The notes beneath the pieces are model-generated. The model had not been told where the DNA came from, made no database searches, and saw only the letters and a list, made by a program, of their open reading frames with translations. Below, in pieces: positions 61,082 through 64,000 of a stretch of 64,000 nucleotides of DNA. A program made the translations under genes and the position numbers. Position 1 is the first letter of the stretch. Each line of letters opens with the position of its first letter. The DNA lies in IMG/VR virus record IMGVR_UViG_3300045521_000059; one strand, given 5' to 3'. The DNA comes from a virus.

Positions 61082-62800
61082 GTGACATGGAGGGCGACCG
61101 TGAAAAAACAAACGATATTCGACAACGAAGGAAACATTCTTTATGAAGGAAACTCTCCGACCAGAAAGATATTCGTTCGCACGCTTCTAAAAAAAGGGGC
61201 CTCGTTTGCAAACGCAAATCTATCTGGCTACGACTTGTCTAGAGCAGATTTATCAGGAATTGATTTTACGGGTGCAAACCTAGACTTCGCTGATCTCAGG
61301 GGAAGTAATGCAGATAAAAGCATATTCCGTGGAGCCAGTATGCGTGGAGTATATGCATCAGGAATAACCGCTATACAAGCTGATTTTAGTGAAGCTAAGC
61401 TCGCAAAATACGAAAAGCATGGCGGCAAACGCTCTACATTCCACCATGCCACACTCACCTACTCGAAATGGGATGGTGCGAATGTAGAATACACTGATTT
61501 TCACGGTTCGACGATGTCATCAGCATCATTCGTGGGAGCAACGGTACGGAGAACCAATTTTCAAGAATGTGTGCTTCACAACGTGGATTGGGTCGAAAGC
61601 AGCGTTATATCTAATAATCTAACAGATGCCGATATGACACCTACTATGTCGATTGCAGATAAACATTTACCTGATCGAACATACCGAGCCACAGTTTATG
61701 GTAACAGATACCGTAATACGGAAATAGGCGAAGGCAACGCTCAATTCAAATATGACAAAATATGGGGTAAGGTTTCGAAATATCAAATTGGTACCGGAGC
61801 CATAATTATCGGTGGTGTTTTGATAGATGCTTTAACATCAGGCGGCGCTACTGGATTGACCATGGCAGCATCAGCAATTGGTATCGGCGGAGAGTCCCTG
61901 TTATCAAATATTAGTGGCGGTGCATTCGTGTTAGGTGCAACGATGTTGGCAAAATCATATATAGAAGATTTTTTAAAGGACACATATTCTGGAATACAAG
62001 CCAAGTTTAACCTTCAAATAAGAAAAGCATTCGACGAAGCTTTAAATAGAGGTAAAAATCTTGCTAGCCTAGTTGGCGTCTTATCTACAAACGAAACAAG
62101 TAGGCTCATTGCTGATTACATAAAGAATGCCGATGATACATTTTTTAGTAAGATATCAGCAACTGTACAAGGCGAACTGGAATTAATAATTTGCGACAGG
62201 AAATCCTTAGCTGACGCGCTATCAAAAATGTCAGACGCCATGGTGAACCGAGCACCACCTGATAGAAAAATTGTCATCACAAGAATAGAAGACCACGATG
62301 ACAACGGGCCGAAAATTTTTGTTTTAAACACAGATGGAACTACGGAAGCATTCTGGTCACATCAGGATCACGGAGAAGCTTATGTAAAATGGGATAAAAA
62401 CGGAGAAAGAATATCAGGCGAAGGGAACCCTCGATTAGCATGCAGTGAATCAGAAAGAAACAAGGCGATGGATTTCTTTATGCGCATGATTATCCTGGAT
62501 AACAATGTTCCTGAATTTGATTTTAACTCTAATACTCATGCAGTTAGAGTTGGTCGCGATGGTTCGCTTGTCGTAACCCGTAGATCTGATGGGAGATTGA
62601 GCAATCCAGAAGGTCCTGTAATTCTGACGCCGAATGACGAAGCCATATATCCGAAGCCAAAACACATAGATTTGTCAAAAATAGCCGAAAATTCATACAG
62701 AAAAGACAATGACGATTCTATCGAGGATGTAAACGATAACGATAATACACCAGTTGAAGAGGTCGATGAGGAAAACTACCAATCTATAATGAGAATGTAG
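61082..62800 (+). CDS. pentapeptide-repeat protein with central hydrophobic helices
   Basis: A(N/D)L(S/D)G/F repeats in the N-terminal third; Gly/Ala-rich hydrophobic middle. Confidence 0.8.
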   Translation: MTWRATVKKQTIFDNEGNILYEGNSPTRKIFVRTLLKKGASFANANLSGYDLSRADLSGIDFTGANLDFADLRGSNADKSIFRGASMRGVYASGITAIQADFSEAKLAKYEKHGGKRSTFHHATLTYSKWDGANVEYTDFHGSTMSSASFVGATVRRTNFQECVLHNVDWVESSVISNNLTDADMTPTMSIADKHLPDRTYRATVYGNRYRNTEIGEGNAQFKYDKIWGKVSKYQIGTGAIIIGGVLIDALTSGGATGLTMAASAIGIGGESLLSNISGGAFVLGATMLAKSYIEDFLKDTYSGIQAKFNLQIRKAFDEALNRGKNLASLVGVLSTNETSRLIADYIKNADDTFFSKISATVQGELELIICDRKSLADALSKMSDAMVNRAPPDRKIVITRIEDHDDNGPKIFVLNTDGTTEAFWSHQDHGEAYVKWDKNGERISGEGNPRLACSESERNKAMDFFMRMIILDNNVPEFDFNSNTHAVRVGRDGSLVVTRRSDGRLSNPEGPVILTPNDEAIYPKPKHIDLSKIAENSYRKDNDDSIEDVNDNDNTPVEEVDEENYQSIMRM

Positions 62801-62875
62801 AAAAACATGAATATTGCATTGTCAGAGTTAATACTGTAGACATAGGCAAATATGCTCTCAATAACGGAGTGGATA

Positions 62876-63181
62876 ATGAACTATGTTGATGTAGATACTT
62901 TTGATGCAGCAGTAGCTGATGCCAAAGTTGCCATAATTGATTTTTATGCTGACTGGTGCGGGCCATGCAAACAGATGGAACCTTCTCTTCAACAGCTAGA
63001 AAGCGAAGGCACAGCATCAGTAATAAAAGTGAATATCGATCAAAATCAGGAACTCGCTGTTCGTTTTGGGATTAAATCGATACCAACACTAATGTTGACT
63101 GTTGACGGTGACATTATCGACACCAAAATCGGAAGCCAGAGCATAAATACATTAAGGGTATGGGTGAGTAATAAAGCTTGA
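62876..63181 (+). CDS. trxA: thioredoxin
   Basis: DFYADWCGPCK; SIPTL. Confidence 0.93.
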   Translation: MNYVDVDTFDAAVADAKVAIIDFYADWCGPCKQMEPSLQQLESEGTASVIKVNIDQNQELAVRFGIKSIPTLMLTVDGDIIDTKIGSQSINTLRVWVSNKA

Positions 63182-63191
63182 AATACCACAT

Positions 63192-64000
63192 CTAATTTGA
63201 TTTTGATGTGGTATTTCTAATTTTGCGATTGAATGCATCAGCCAAGATCAATCCTGATGCAATCAAGTTATAATTCAAGATGGCTTTGTTCGGGGTTGAA
63301 ATACCTTTTATTGCATAAGCTTGATGAACAAGTTCAATGCTTTGAGATTGATTAAGAGCCATCCCTGAAATTAGACTGCTAATTGCGTCTATAACCATAT
63401 ATGGATGACAGCTCTCAGCCAATGAGTTATCCCATGCATTTTGAATGTTTTCTGATGTAAATGATGGAATTACATCCATATATTCATCGGACAAGTAACC
63501 GACTATGGTTGAAATTTCCAAAACAGAAAGAGATAGAATTCGCCCAGGACCGCCTTGATTAAAGACCATCTTCCATTGACCTTCTGAATTATTAATCTCG
63601 AAGGACATACCACTTTTAAAACGCAGTTCAGCTATTGAAGCTCGAAAAGACCTGTCACTCCTCATATTTTTAGAGATCGGACGGACAGACGACGCAAAAG
63701 AAGCCTTCCCGTTTAGTGGAGTGAACTTGGGTAGTTGGTCTGGCAATTTCAATCCACGCACCGCTAAACCGACCATATATGTAAACAGCGGTGGAATGGC
63801 ATTGCCAGCCATTTTGACTCGATCATTCTGCCCTTTTGCCGGAAACTGATATGATAAAGGGAAAGATTGTACAGCTGCCATTTCTCTAGCCGTCAAAAGA
63901 CGGTATCCACCTGAGCCATCTGGAACGACAATACTTTCGCGCGACACTTTTGTACATGTTGCAGTGATCGTACGAGCAGTTTTATCAGGGTTATCAGGGA
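63192..64000 (-). CDS. C5 DNA methyltransferase, C-terminal part (continues beyond the window)
   Basis: ARTITATCT, RLLTAREMAAVQSFP, GNAIPP; frame open to the window edge. Confidence 0.8.
   Translation of the reverse strand, partial: PDNPDKTARTITATCTKVSRESIVVPDGSGGYRLLTAREMAAVQSFPLSYQFPAKGQNDRVKMAGNAIPPLFTYMVGLAVRGLKLPDQLPKFTPLNGKASFASSVRPISKNMRSDRSFRASIAELRFKSGMSFEINNSEGQWKMVFNQGGPGRILSLSVLEISTIVGYLSDEYMDVIPSFTSENIQNAWDNSLAESCHPYMVIDAISSLISGMALNQSQSIELVHQAYAIKGISTPNKAILNYNLIASGLILADAFNRKIRNTTSKSN

Noticed and set aside
61082-62800. Qnr/MfpA-type quinolone resistance protein
   Set aside because: It is much longer than Qnr/MfpA proteins, with membrane helices and extra domains.

Overview
This is a 64 kb segment of a large accessory replicon (megaplasmid/chromid or jumbo-phage-like element), most likely from an alphaproteobacterial, Rhizobiales-type host. 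Host clues are a DUF1476/zeta-subunit gene and a tRNA-His without G-1. No phage structural genes, CRISPR array or rRNA were seen. The window has many hypothetical ORFs plus housekeeping duplicates (gyrA, gyrB, nrdHIEF, trxA, clpA-like, trpS, rpsU, lolA, an NhaP-type antiporter). It also carries cell-wall enzymes, C5 DNA methyltransferases, a tyrosine recombinase, RtcB, an ADP-ribosylglycohydrolase and an ART-like protein. There are three tRNA arrays: array 1 at 9912-11521 (minus; Leu x5, Pro x2, His, Tyr), array 2 at 14495-15743 (plus; Ser x4, Gln x3) and array 3 at 50486-51435 (plus; Trp, Thr x2, Cys, Arg x2). Main discovery: each array is preceded by the same layout, namely a TTGACA-N17-CAT promoter, a short leader ORF and an intrinsic terminator with a competing antiterminator. 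Each leader ORF contains a dense run of the codons read by the tRNAs in its own array (L/P/H/Y, S/Q, and T/W/C/R with AGA/AGG). This suggests ribosome-stalling attenuation that switches on tRNA arrays on demand; two of these leaders are missing from the supplied ORF track. A Trp-Trp leader also precedes trpS. The arrays additionally hold several non-canonical tRNA-like RNAs, a 221-nt mini-tmRNA-like gene, a stand-alone GatB-tail protein and a possible Gln-codon-coupled tRNA folding switch. All calls are by eye; no searches or folding programs were run.
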